From Veleropilina oligotropha (Eukaryota), in assembly GCA_048128005.1 (NCBI GenBank), contig JBEUKZ010000111.1:310001-374000 (forward strand): a stretch of 64,000 nt of DNA, in the 5' to 3' direction. Positions 21,541 to 34,560 of the stretch are shown piece by piece. Position numbers and translations under genes: made by a program. Numbering within the stretch: position 1 is the stretch's first letter; each line of letters starts with the position of its first letter. The notes beneath the pieces were generated by a model. The model made no database searches. It was not told the DNA's origin and worked only from the letters and a program-made list of their open reading frames with translations.

Positions 21541-21918
21541 ATGAAATCCATGCTACTTCTGTGCATTGCCGCGGTGTGCTGGCTAGGGGGTGTCTTTACC
21601 CAGGCGTCGAGACACGACACTGCATTAATTCTCGAACACACGTGGGCTAGGTACCGAAATCATCCCAGGTATAACGCCCGATTTGACCCCTTGCGAAGAA
21701 ACCTGCTACTACGCCCGGGAGACCCCACCCCTGATGTCGCCCCACCCTCGTGCCACTACTTTATTATCGGAGAGAATGAGTGTGGGGTGGGGGGGCTCCT
21801 CCTGACCCAAATACTGTGGTCTGCATCGAGTGCGCTGAGCCATCCTTATGCCGTGGTAAACATGGGCATTACTACTCAATGCTATCGACCGGCTGCATGG
21901 GTTCGTGGAGTCAGATAG
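21541..21918 (+). CDS. Hypothetical secreted or membrane protein
   Basis: Signal-peptide-like MKSMLLLCIAAVCWLGGVFTQA; several Cys. Confidence 0.45.
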   Translation: MKSMLLLCIAAVCWLGGVFTQASRHDTALILEHTWARYRNHPRYNARFDPLRRNLLLRPGDPTPDVAPPSCHYFIIGENECGVGGLLLTQILWSASSALSHPYAVVNMGITTQCYRPAAWVRGVR

Positions 21919-22027
21919 GACAACACTCGCCCTGCAACTGTACACTAGCAAGCGGTAACTACATATTCATATAACAGCTGCAATCTCGGGGAATCCCTGC
22001 CTTGAAACATACTTTTCAGGCTTCCCT

Positions 22028-22724
22028 AGGGCCAACCACCCCCGGGGCCTCTCTCGACCAACCACCCCCGGGCCAACCACCCCCGGGCCACCCTCGGCCA
22101 CCCACCCCCGGGCCGCAGCCACCCACCCCCGGGCCTCTCTCGGCCACCCACCCCCGGGGCCAACCACCCCCGGGCCACCCACCCCCGGGCCTATCTCGGC
22201 CACCAACCCCCGGGCCACGGCCACCCACCACTGGGCCAACCACCCCCGGGCCACCGGCCACTCACCCCCGGGCCACCCACCCCCGGACCTCTCTCGGCCA
22301 CCAACCCCCGGGCCACGGCCACCCACCACCGGGCCAACCACCCCCGGGCCACCGGCCACCCACCCCCGGGCCGCGGCCACCCACCCCCGGGCCTCTCTCG
22401 GCCAACCACCCCCCGGGGCCACCCTCGGCCACCCACCCCCTGGCCAACCACCCCCGGGCCAACCTCGGCCACTCACCCCCGGGCCAACCACCCCCGGGCC
22501 ACCCACCCCCGGGCCACCCTCGGCCACCAACCCCCGGGCCACCCACCACCGGGCCAACCACCCCCGGGCCAACCTCGGCCACCCACCCCCGGGCCACCCA
22601 CCCCCCGGGGCCACCCTCGGCCACCAACCCCCGGGCCGCGGCCACCCACACCCACCCCCCGGGGGCCTCCCCTCTCGGCCACCGCCCTCACGACCCTCTC
22701 TTGGCCCGGGGGCTCTCTCGGCCA
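22028..22724. repeat. GC-rich, strand-skewed degenerate tandem array (CCACCCCCGGGCCA-like units)
   Basis: Dozens of CCCCCGGGCC/CCACC units seen directly. Confidence 0.92.
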
Positions 22725-22944
22725 CCCTCTTGAAGCCCCCTTGTATTTCAGCCGTAGCCTGGGGTGTCTCCACGACCCTCTCTTGGCCCCGAGGGTGGTT
22801 GGCCCTCTTGAAGCCCCCTTGTATTTCAGCCGTAGCCTGGGGTGTCTTCACGACCCTCTCTTGGCCCCGAGGGTGGTTGGCCCTCTTGAAGCCCCCTTGT
22901 ATTTCAGCCGTAGCCTGGGGTGTCTTCACGACCCTCTCTTGGCC
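22725..22944. repeat. Three copies of a 78-bp unit
   Basis: CCCTCTTGAAGCCCCCTTGTATTTCAGCC begins at 22725, 22803 and 22881. Confidence 0.92.
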
Positions 22945-23097
22945 TATGGTGGCGCCACCATCTTCACGACCCACCTTTCTTCCACGCGGCCTTCCTCCTC
23001 AGATTTGAAATACTCGAAAGCATTCTGAGGAGGTCGTTGTGGAAGAGTGCAATGTAGGCCCGAGCTCATAAGTACTAAAGCCTGACAGTACTACTAC

Positions 23098-23480
23098 ATA
23101 GTCCATGCCAGGCTTTAGAAGTTGTGTCTCGTCACTTATGATGTGAATATTAAATCACGACAACTCTCAACGTAGACCACGTTAATTAAAATGAAACCTC
23201 AAAAACTATAGACATATTGTAGAGCCGACTAAATCCTGGATCATTAGTCCAGTCAACTTTCACTGATTATAATGTTGCCTTAACATGGATAAAACTTAAT
23301 AGTCCATGCCAGGCTTTAGATGTTGTGTCTCGTCACTTATGATGTGAATATTAAATCACGACAACTCTCAACGTAGACCACGTTAATTAAAATGAAACCA
23401 ACAACACTGTGTGGATAGTGTGGAGTCGACCAAATCCGGGATCTTAGTCCAGTTAACTGTCCCTTGATTATAATGTGGCC
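23098..23480. repeat. Two diverged copies of a ~201-bp AT-richer unit
   Basis: GTCCATGCCAGGCTTTAGA...CACGTTAATTAAAATGAAACC at 23101 and 23302. Confidence 0.85.
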
Positions 23481-23815
23481 AGTATCCAGTCAACCTTCAT
23501 TTGATACTGGGCAATGCATTTCAGTCGAGTGACTCACTCAACAACAATAGCTTGTATTTACATCAACGGCACGCTTCTACTAAGGTCAACTCGGGCGACG
23601 TAACTAGGCAACCAGGTAGTATTTGAATAGACTATCGATCGTATTGTTGCTCATAGGGTAACCTGGTTTTCGGACAGCGCTGCGCTGTACACACGGTAAC
23701 TTTTGTAATACAATCCCTACCCTCGGGTCTGAACAGGTGCTGGGAGCCCCCACCCCCGGGCCCCTAGTCTAAACCCCCTAGTTCCCACCAGTACAACCCT
23801 ATCAGTTCTGAAATA

Positions 23816-23963
23816 GTGCTGGGAGCTTTATTTTTCCATTCTAAAAGGTATGGTCACCCCCCCCCCCCCCCCTGCTGCTGAGTTGAGATCCATATTAATT
23901 CTGAAAAGGTGCTGGGAGCCTTATTTTCCCATTCTAAAAAGTCTACTGACCCCCCCTGCTGCT
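23816..23963 (-). repeat. Right terminal inverted repeat
   Basis: Reverse complement of 7156-7294; the inner C run is longer than the matching G run on the left. Confidence 0.92.
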
Positions 23964-23968
23964 ACTAG

Positions 23969-24868
23969 CGATTTTGGATTCATCTCAGTAAGTCGAAGCC
24001 AGAATTTTGCAGACTGTGCAAGTAATGTTACCGTTAAAGCAAATAAACCAAGCTCACCTCTAACAGCCGCATTAGTTGTTTTCCTATTAACACCAAGCAC
24101 GTATTTTGAAAATTTAACAGACACGATTTCAATAGGTACTTTGTCACCGAGCTGCATGAAATTATTTTAATTTAACCCTTTCATTTAGAATGGGCTCCAA
24201 ATCTCCCCACAGTATGATAATATTGGTAATATTAAAGTATCAAACAGTTTAAATGCAATAAGAACGTTATTTTTAACATTTAGTGCATTAAGTTTAAACA
24301 GTGCCTTAAGTGCATGGTCTTTCAGATTTTTGCATGCCGCATTAAAATTGCCTGCGCAGGTAAATATAATACCCAAGTAGCAATAACTGCGGGCAATTTC
24401 AATTCTAGAACCTCTATAGCTAAAGTGATATTTATTTAGTAGGTGACCATTCTGTGTAAAAATGATTATCTTATTTTTCTTTAAGTTTACGGTCAGATTC
24501 CATTTGTCACAATATTCATCTAATTTGTCCAGTGCATGTTGCAGTCCAGATGAAGATTCCCAGATAATTGATAAATCATCTGCGTACATTAAGCAGCTTA
24601 AAGGGTCATTGTGTAATTGAACTGGGTCACAGGAAGAATCAACTATTGCAGGCAAATCCCTAAGAAATAGGTTAAACAGGAGGGGGCTAAGTACACAGCC
24701 TTGCTTTACGCCAACTGATGAATTAAAGCTGTCACTAGTCCCATCAGTCACCTTAACAGCATATTTTACATCGGAGTACATATTTTCAATAATATTAAGA
24801 AAATTTCCACGGACTCTAGCTTGTAATAGTTTAAATAACAGAGACTTTCTCGAGACGGTATCAAATGA
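23969..24868 (-). pseudogene. 5'-truncated LINE reverse transcriptase (RTEX/L2-group-like), host of the Polinton-like insertion
   Basis: FDTV, VKQGCVLSPLLFNLF, MYADDL, YLGI, YCGEIW, AVRGELG. Confidence 0.85.
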
Positions 24869-25329
24869 TATCAACCCCTTGCTCCCAAATACCGACAAAT
24901 CAGAGATATTCAGAACGGTGCAAAACTTTATTACCCTGAGCAAACGATTCGCAAAATAAATAATGCAAACAATCCTGTGGTTAACTCAACAAATATTTTA
25001 ATAGAAAATCACTACATAAGTAACTATATATAATTTCCATATTAATTTCCATCTGTTTATATCTGAAACTTATGTATTAAAATGTTTTCAAACTTATATA
25101 TAAACCATGTATATATATATCATACTTACTAATGTACATGCCAGATATTGTGACATAATATATAGTTAGTAATACCATAGAGGAAACAGCTTTAAATAAG
25201 TTACCCTTCTTGTTGCTGGATCCTCTCATGCATTTATGTACATATTATATTTACTGTATACTTATGCCAATAAATATTGTTTAAACTAATGAGGGATTAA
25301 AGTGTAATACATGACAATTTGAATGCACT

Positions 25330-25480
25330 AATGGTTTAATCCAACACTGGTATGTTTTCACTTAAACACAGCGGACCCCGTCTCTGGAATGAATTAGAAA
25401 CCACACTGAAGCAGTCAAACTCAACAGGACATTTCAAGTCAACTTATAAGTCCAATCTGATCAATGCATATATAGCTTAG
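25330..25480 (+). mobile_element. Short LINE (L2/CR1-like) 3' fragment
   Basis: Reads SGPRLWNEL...LKQS....FKSTYKS.LINAY. Confidence 0.5.
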
Positions 25481-25519
25481 TTCCCGGATATTCTCATTCA
25501 GTTAAATTTTGATTATAAT

Positions 25520-25524
<5 letters not shown>

Positions 25525-25587
<63 letters not shown>

Positions 25588-25646
25588 CAATCTGTGTATA
25601 TATGTATGTACTAGTATGTATATATGTATGTATATGTGTATGTGTA

Positions 25647-25700
<54 letters not shown>
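25525..25700. repeat. (TA)n/(TG)n microsatellite
   Basis: Seen directly. Confidence 0.97.
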
Positions 25701-25702
<2 letters not shown>

Positions 25703-26220
25703 ACTGGATCCAGCCATTGGCACCACTTAGGTTATACAGCATCAATTGGTACCATATACCGTGATTACATATTTGGAGATATATCATTCAATAAGCTGTA
25801 TACCCCTATATTATAATGTACATTTCAATGAAAATTGCTTTATATCGCATTTTTAAATTTATTTCTTTTAGTTTTCTGCGATAAAATAGCTTAATTTCGA
25901 AAAATAGCGTATATCAGTGGTACGAATGGCAAATGTAGAAATACCAATTGATGCAGCTTAACCATTGACCTACATACCAACTTATATGCATCGATTTTTT
26001 GTCACCCTAGTATCCAACTAAAAATAAACATTTTAACACATCAAGCTTGTTTTGTTACTTATTTGACATTTATTTTTCTATACTAAGTCATACAAGAACA
26101 ACAGTTCGTTTAAATAGTAACTTTGACCGCCTAGAACCATTCGTACCAGGTACGAATGGCAACATGGTACCAATTGATGCTGTATACCCCTGCCAGGGCT
26201 ACCAATGGGTGCTTCCATAA

Positions 26221-26635
<415 letters not shown>

Positions 26636-27086
26636 CTGTTTTTTACTTTACCCTGGGTGGCCTATACTAATAAGCCATACAGGGCTTCAATCAGGTCTCC
26701 CAGCCATAGCATCAATTTTTCTTTATAATTATTATACACCATTGTTCTTATTAGCATCCTATTTGTATATATTGTGCTTTGTAATATATTATGTTATGTA
26801 CACACGTATTTATATTTCTACCCTGTAACCAATCTGTATAGGTAACTTTATATTACGTTGCATGTATCAAAGTTTTATAATGCTATGGCCAATAAACTAG
26901 TTTATATATTATTAATTTATGTGAGAAGCAGTTAATAATAATACTGTTGTGTCAGAGCCAGGTCTGGAGTGAGCTGAACATATAAATATAAATAATTACA
27001 ATGTGAGTGGTGGTTATAGTACCAGAATAAATATAGCTAGTGTCAAATTAATCTCTCGTGGCCTGGTTTAAAAGATTAACACAGAG

Positions 27087-28380
27087 TCATATCAGCTCAG
27101 AGTTTTGCATGTCCTTCCGTTGAGTCCTCATTTGCCGAAATTCAGTCGATGATGAAATCGGTGATCGAATCGAAGACACATGTTTGCTTATTAGCTGCCG
27201 TGGACGATCCGGTTGCGAGGAATTCGTGGCTATGTTTGTACCGTACTCATGATAATTTGTCATACCCAATATGGGGTTGATCACATGTTTGTAATTTCTG
27301 ACCAACTGCGCAAGGCCATACTGGGTAAGGGGCACTCCATCATTGGCAAACAGATTGGGGCTCATCAAGTTCAATGAGCTCTGATCGATCACATCAACAC
27401 GTAAATCATGCATGGATTTGTTGAATTCTGCTATTTTGTCGGCATAGTCATCCATCTGCTCCAACGAATCAAAATACAACGGCAAGGCATGCGAGACAGA
27501 TTCTTGAATCCAACAAATTCGATTCACAGAGGGTGACAAGTTCCCTCATCTTGTGGTGACATGAAGCAGGACTGTTATACACTAAACAGTTGTCTGCCAC
27601 ATGAAATAAAACACACTTCGCACGTTTGTTGCTTGATTTTACGTAATTTATGGCACCACGAATACTCTTGTCAGAAAGGGAGACAACTTCACTTCTCTTG
27701 TATTTGTACATTTTTTCAGAATGAATTCTACGTACGTGTGAATTCCCAATGATGAGAAGATATAGTGGTGGTTTACTGGGTCTCTTTAGTTTTATGGGCG
27801 ACTCAGCTGATATCGCGGGCATGTTTCGGTTCCTGGGGTGGGGACTACTCCTGCGCATGATTTTGGAAGTTCGGGCGTGGGCATCGTTACTTGTGTCGGT
27901 TGTGGTGAAGTCCTGTTCGCAGAGTGTGCCGCATTCTTTATTTTCGGGATCTGTCGTTTTGATGTCATCGCACTGAAGTATTTAATCGCATTGAAGTGTT
28001 TCAAAACGATTTGTATGCTGGATGTCATTGTTAGCAGGTATATACGGTTTCCGGAAAACGCGACTTCTTCCTTGGTAGTTGAAATGGGGTGTCATCGCTG
28101 TATGCTTGTTGCTGTATCTTAACATCAAGGATTTCTTCCTCAAGGTAGTCGATCCTTCCACATGCCGTTATGATGTCTTCCTGCATCTGTCCCACGGTGT
28201 TGGAGGTGGCCTCTAAGTGGTTGCTTGTCGCTTTGCACATGTCTCCAAGTGCATCAACAGTTATAGAAGTGTGCATGGTACTTGTTAGATCTTTCAGCTC
28301 GAGTTTTAAGGCACATACCTCTTGCATTAATGCAAGCTTGTCATTTTGCATTACTTGACTAAGTGAAAGTACTAAAGATA
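27087..28380 (-). pseudogene. Degraded LINE ORF1-like gene (coiled coil plus SGNH esterase-like domain)
   Basis: Coiled-coil fragment (ORF 28031), LLIIGNSHVR, FANDGV.LT..G...L; frameshifted. Confidence 0.55.
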
Positions 28381-28764
28381 AATCGGTAAGCCCATCTACA
28401 AGCGACGCGCCCATGCATAACGAAAACCATATGGGTGGCAATACAATCGGTAAGCCCATCTACAAGCGACGCGCCCATGCATAACGAAAACCATATGGGT
28501 GGCAATACAATCGGTAAGCCCATCTACAAGCGACGCGCACATGCATAACGAAAACCATATGGGTGGCAATACAATCGGTAAGCCCATCTACAAGCGACGC
28601 GCCCATGCATAACGAAAACCATATGGGTGGCAATACAATCGGTAAGCCCATCTACAAGCGACGCGCACATGCATAACGAAAACCATATGGGTGGCAATAC
28701 AATCGGTAAGCCCATCTACAAGCGACGCGCACATGCATAACTAAAACCATATGGGTGGCAATAC
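28381..28764. repeat. Minisatellite, 6 x 64 bp
   Basis: AATCGGTAAGCCCATCTACAAGCGACGCGC(C/A)CATGCATAACGAAAACCATATGGGTGGCAATAC at 28381, 28445, 28509, 28573, 28637, 28701. Confidence 0.95.
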
Positions 28765-31700
28765 ATTGCTTATTGGTTCATCAATGCTGAATCAAATTAG
28801 ACCGAAAGGCCTAAAATCAAATGTAGATGTTCGACCACATAGAGGAGCTACACTCCCTAGAATTCGACAAGCCTTGCTAAAGACGGACTTGTAGAACTAC
28901 AGTACAATTATTCTTCCATGTTGGAGGCAATGATGTCAGCCAAGGAATTAACATTCCGGACATAATGTGTGAATTTGAAACTATTTTGAACGTGATATAT
29001 TCACAAAATGAAGACATCGAAGTCATCATCTCAGGAATGACCCCACGAGTCGATGCTGAAGTTCGGTACCTGAATGATGCGCTGCAACATTTTTGTTGCC
29101 AGCATGAGCTTATATTTATCGACAACTTTTCAACCATTCGTCAACAACCAGACTGTATAGCGCAGGACTGAATTCATTTTACGTATAAAGGCACTTCACA
29201 GTTGCTGAAAAACATTAACTCGACAACTGATATTATGAATCAGAATACGAAAAGTCAAGGTATGGGCACCTTTCCCAATATCCCCAATCCGATTCAAAGT
29301 GTTATTATTGTGGTGAATCGGGACATACAACAGAGGTATGTCGCCATGGGGCTTTGGTCCCAGTGCTGGGACTGCGGTCGGTTCGGGCACAAATCCAGAA
29401 AGTGCACTGCACGGTCGTAATGCGCAGGCAAAGCAGTTTATGCCGTCGAAGAAATTTTTACTACAAACAAATTTGCCGTATTAAGTAATATTTGTCCAGA
29501 GTGTAATGCTATTAAAAATCATTCTTTCGATTGTGTTATTGCACCATTTACTGCTCACAGACAACAATCATTAAGCTGTAAAAATATATTATGTGATATG
29601 CATGACACAAATAACTCCAGTACTATTTCATATAATGATTATGCAAATAAAAATAAATACAATAATATTAAAAATGTACATGAACCCCTTGTTAATGATG
29701 AAAATTGCGGAAATTATTATCTAAACAGAGAAAATTCAAATGCCTCTCATAGCGTGTGCGAGTCTCGCTCTCACGAATTAAATTATTACTATTCTCGGAG
29801 AAAGGCAGCTTCCTTGTTAATACCTAACATTGTAATACCCACATCTGAAACATCTGTTGATACATTTGTGCTCTGTATATATATATATATATACATGTAA
29901 TACTTGCTTTAGTTTGCTTAACTGTATATTATATATTATGTTATTATTCTACTGAAATTACCAGTATCCCTTGTGACGACTCCATTGATTCTGAAACTAT
30001 TTCTGACGACACATATCATTTTGACATCCTTTCTAGTAATGTTCAAAACGCAGATTGTATTTCAAATAATGGCCCCACATTTGGATTGGTAAAAAGAGGC
30101 CCAACGATAGCAAACTTAAATATTAGGCATATCATTCCAAAATTAGATGACCTTAGAATTCTCATGGCAGATAAAAATTCAGTTGACATCATTGGTGTTT
30201 GCGAAACGTTTCTCTCTGAAAACGTTAACGACGATAACGTTAATATAGACAATTTTGAATTGAAAGACGTGACAGACAAAATGGGAGCCGGGGAGGCTTA
30301 CTGATTTATCTCAAATAATATAAATTTTAACAGAGGACGGGATCTTGAGATTGGTGACATGGAAAGTTTATGGATTCAAGTAAATCCGCCATGTACAAAA
30401 CCTATTTTATTTTGTACTATGTATAGACCCCCAAACGCCACATCTGATTGTATACAAAGGTTTGAATTAGAGATATCTAATGCATTAAGCCTTGAGGATA
30501 TTGAAGTAATTATTGCCTGCGATTTTAATATCGGTAACCTTAAAAGCCCACATTCAAAATGGGTTCAATGCCTGGAACTTTATGAATTTAGACAACTTGT
30601 GTCCACTGCTACTAGAATAACTAAATATTCTAAATCATTAATTGATCACATTTATACCAACAATCCGGAATATATACACGAAATTCATGTTCCGTTCTAC
30701 TCAATTAGTGATCATTACCCGGTATGCGTTACACGTTGCATTCAACAACCCGACAACCATTTCGAAATCCAATATACAAATTTTAACGAAGAAGCATTTT
30801 TACGAGATCTTATGAATCAAAATTTTGATGATATCGATAATGAAATGGATTGTAATTCTGCTCTACAAAAATGGTATACACTGTTCATTAACGTTCTAGA
30901 CTTTCATGCCCAACTAAAACGAAGCTTGTTAAACGCCAAACAAACCTAAATGGGTCACACCTGACATCAATAATGATACTACTACCTTACTTATCTTATT
31001 GTAACATTATATGGGAATCAACCTATCAAACTAGACTTAATAAATTATTCAAACTTAAAAAAAGGGCCATACGTATTATAGCTAATTCCTCAGCAAAAAC
31101 TCACACATGCTCACTCTTCAATAAACTAGGATTACTTACTGTTTTTGACATCAACAAATTGCAAGTAGCATCTTTCATGTATTCGTTCCATCTTAACTTA
31201 TTCCCATCAAATTTTGACAATTATTGCCGTTTCAATAGCCAGGTTCATAACTACAATACCCGAATCTCAAGTAATTATCACATGATACGCACACGAACGA
31301 AAACGAGACAATTTTCAATTAAGTATAGAGATCCTATTCTATGGAACTCGCTTGACAACACAACAAAATCATGTTCTACGCTCCACTCTTTCAAAAGAAA
31401 ATTGAAATTAACGTTCCTAAATGGATACTTAAATCAAAATACATGGGACTATCACTGTATTTAATTTATCAGCATGATTCTTCAACGTTTGTCCATAACA
31501 GTTTGCCCTATGAGTCATATTGTTAGTCTGATTGTTCTTGAAATGTTTATCTTAATTATTATGATTACTCGTTCATATATATATTGATTTGTTGATATGT
31601 TGTTCTTGAAAAGTTTATCTCAATTTACTATGATTACTATGATTATATATGGTAATTTATATTTACTATCATTTATTGTAGAAATCATTCTCTCTCACAC

Positions 31701-33890
31701 ACAAACACACTCTCACACACACGCACGCACGCACGCACACACGCCCACACACACACAGACACGCATCCACACTCACACCACTGCTTATAGGCTCTATTTA
31801 CGACACACATTACTTCATCTGTTTTATCCATTGTTCAAGGTGGTCTGCCTTAAATACAAGCCCCTACGGGTTTCATGGCAGATCTCCGTGCCCATATATT
31901 TATTTATCATTATATCATTACACATATTTATTTCATCGTATTCATTATATGTAAATTTTTTTATAATATTTATGGCAAAATAAACTGAACTGTACTGAAT
32001 GCTAGACACATGCGCGATAAATATCATAAGGTTAAAGACTGGACAAATTACAAACATTGGATAAATCAGGTGACACGCTTAATTCATAAATCTAAGCATA
32101 ACTACTATAAACAAGCAATAGAGGACATTGGAAATTCAAACAAAGTATGGAAGTATTTAAATGAATTAAATTCCCGGAAATCGCAAACAAATCCCCCACA
32201 GTTACAATACCAAGATCATATTTCAACAACAACACAAGAATCAGCAAATATTTTTAACAAGTATTTTAGTGAACTATAATAAAATTTGAGTCTGCAAAAT
32301 AAAACCTTTAATCCGAATACACTAAATGATAAACTAAGAGAGAAAACTACGAATCATCCGCCATTTAAATTAAGTAACATTACAGATGTCGACGTATATA
32401 AATCATTGGTAACTGCAAACATTAATAAAGCTGCCGGAATTGACTGTATTGGACCCAAAATATTAAAGCTAAGTGCACCAGTGATTACAAAATCATTATC
32501 CCATATTATAAATATGAGTATACAAAGTAATGTATTTCCAGATCTCCTTAAATGTCCCAAAGTAACGACTATTTTTAAGAGAGGCCCTAGGGATGAACCT
32601 GCCAATTATAGACCGATATCGGTACTTCCATCATTGTCAACATTATTTGAAAAACGTCGCAAAATTAATATACGAATACCTGAATGAAAATAACCTGCAC
32701 AATTGGGATTCAGAAAACAGCACTGACGAAAATAACAGACACTTGGCTAAAAGAAATTGACGAAGGCAACTTAACTGGTGTGGTTTATGTAGATTTTAAG
32801 AAAGCATTTGATCTAGTTAATCACGGCATCCTCATTTCCAAATTAAGCTTGTGTACAATTTCGATGTAAATGTTATACGTTGGGTAACGTCGTACCTTAG
32901 CAAACGAACCCAATATGTTTGTCTAGGAAGCGCTCACTCTACTTCATCTGCAATTATAGCAGGTGTTCCTCAAGGATCAGTGTTCGGTCCCCTGTTATTT
33001 ATGATAATCATAAACGATCTACCACTTAGTACAGTTAAATCTAACATTGACTTATTTGCAGATGATAGTACACTTCACTCTTCTGGTCCATCGTTAGACA
33101 AAGTAGAACTAGCTTTGAAAGAAGAATTAATCCACATTGAAACCTGGTGTCATAATAATAATATGCACCTAAATGTGAATGAAACTAAATGTATGCTGAT
33201 ATCTACAATACAGAAGTTATCACACATGGGACATAGAACATTGACACTGAATGTAAATAATGCACTTATTGAAGACGTCTCTAATCATAAGCTTCTAGGT
33301 GTTTATATCGACAAATTTCTTCAGTGGGATGTCCAGGTAAATAAAATTTGCAATGTTTTTACTACAAAAATATCACTACTATTCAGGATTAAGAAATATC
33401 TGCCACACAAAACAAGAATTCTCTATTTCAATGCTTACATTCAGCCTGTACTTGACTACTGTTTAACCATATGGGGAAACTGTTCCAAATAAGACTTAAA
33501 CAGACTCTTAAAACTGCAAAAAGAGCAGCACGTATTATCCTAGATAAGCCGTTCGATTCACCATCTCAACCCTTGTTTAAAATACTTAAATGGCAAAAAA
33601 TTGACAAAAGAATCGAATACCACAAGGCAGTCCGTGTCTACAAATGTATAAATGGAATGGCTCCACCTTACCTGCAGAATCTTTTCAGTATTGGCAAGGC
33701 TGACTATTTGTTACGGTCCGTTGAAAATGAAAATCTCTCTTTGCCAAACTTTTCGAGACAGCTATATAGAAAGAGTCTCAAACTATCAGGTGCCACTATT
33801 TGGAATAGTCTGCCCAAAACTGTCAGATCATCAAGTTGTCTAAATATTTTCAAACAAAAGTGCTATAATCATATGTTAATCTCAGATTAG
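28765..33890 (+). mobile_element. Degraded CR1/L2-group LINE: ORF1 (SGNH-like, CCHC knuckles) and ORF2 (APE endonuclease, RT)
   Basis: CWDCGRFGHKSRKC; NLNIRH, VCETFL, YRPP, LIDHIY, SDHYPV; NYRPISVL, DFKKAFD, GVPQGSVFGPLLF, FADDS; many stops and frameshifts. Confidence 0.85.
30975..31998 (+). mobile_element. 3' fragment of a second L2/CR1-like LINE nested in the previous LINE
   Basis: PYLSYCNIIW...KKRAIRII...LWNSL; AATAAA then CTGAA-type tail; host ORF2 resumes near 31999. Confidence 0.75.
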
Positions 33891-33924
33891 GCTTATACAA
33901 CGTCTTCCGAAAACGTGTCTGAGT

Positions 33925-34560
33925 TGGGTAAGGGAGAGAAGCAGGGTCACATTTCTTGCCGTTTATGACGACGGTTTGTTTTCGCTCATGTAGATATGAC
34001 TTGATCCATGTAAGCGCTGATTGCTTGATTCCGAAGTAGGCGTCCAGGCGGTTAAACATAATTTGGTGGGCAATTGTATCGAAAGCTGCACTCAGGTCAA
34101 GCAAGGCGAGAGCAACCATTGATTTATAATGTAGAGATTGAAGGATGTCATTCTGAACCTTTAAAATGGCTGTTTCTGTGGAGTGAAACATGCGATACGC
34201 TGATTGGTATTTATCCAAAAGCATGTGATTTTTCAAGTGAGCATTTAATCGAATTGCTGCAACACGTTTCACAAGTTTCGAAACAAAACTTAGATTATAA
34301 AACTGTCGATAATTTTTCAAATTGTTTTGATCCAAATTGGCCTTTTTCAATAAGGGCTTTACCAATGTGCTCTTGAAATTTTCTGGAGCTTCTGCATTGG
34401 ATAATGACATGTAGACAAGCCGCGTCAAAATTGGCAACAATTCATCTGAACATGCTTTCAGCATCCATGATGGTAGAGGGTCGAGTGGGCACGTAGATGA
34501 TGATGACCTCATAATGATCGACCTAATTTCATCATTCGTTGCCAGTTCAAACGTTAAGAG
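33925..34560 (-). mobile_element. L2-clade RT fragment
   Basis: SSTCPLDPLPSW, QSAYR..HSTETA, LLDLSAAFDT. Confidence 0.8.

Larger units (their letters stand above)
7156..23963. mobile_element. Complete integrated Polinton-like virus / Maverick-type element (~16.8 kb)
   Basis: Inverted termini AGCAGCAGGGGGGGTCAGTAGAC... / ...GTCTACTGACCCCCCCTGCTGCT; ACTAG duplicated at 7151-7155 and 23964-23968; integrase, packaging ATPase, capsid-like and PolB-helicase ORFs; sharp rise in GC relative to flanks. Confidence 0.95.

Noticed and set aside
21967..23028. Gly/Pro/Trp-rich ORFs in several frames
   Set aside because: Stop-free frames are expected in this GC-rich tandem array; no independent coding evidence
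7156..23963. Bacterial prophage or contaminant contig
   Set aside because: Clean TSD inside a eukaryotic LINE with a restorable frame; rve integrase and Polinton-type termini
28381..28764. Regular 64-bp array as a CRISPR locus
   Set aside because: Whole units are repeated with no unique spacers; no cas genes; eukaryotic context
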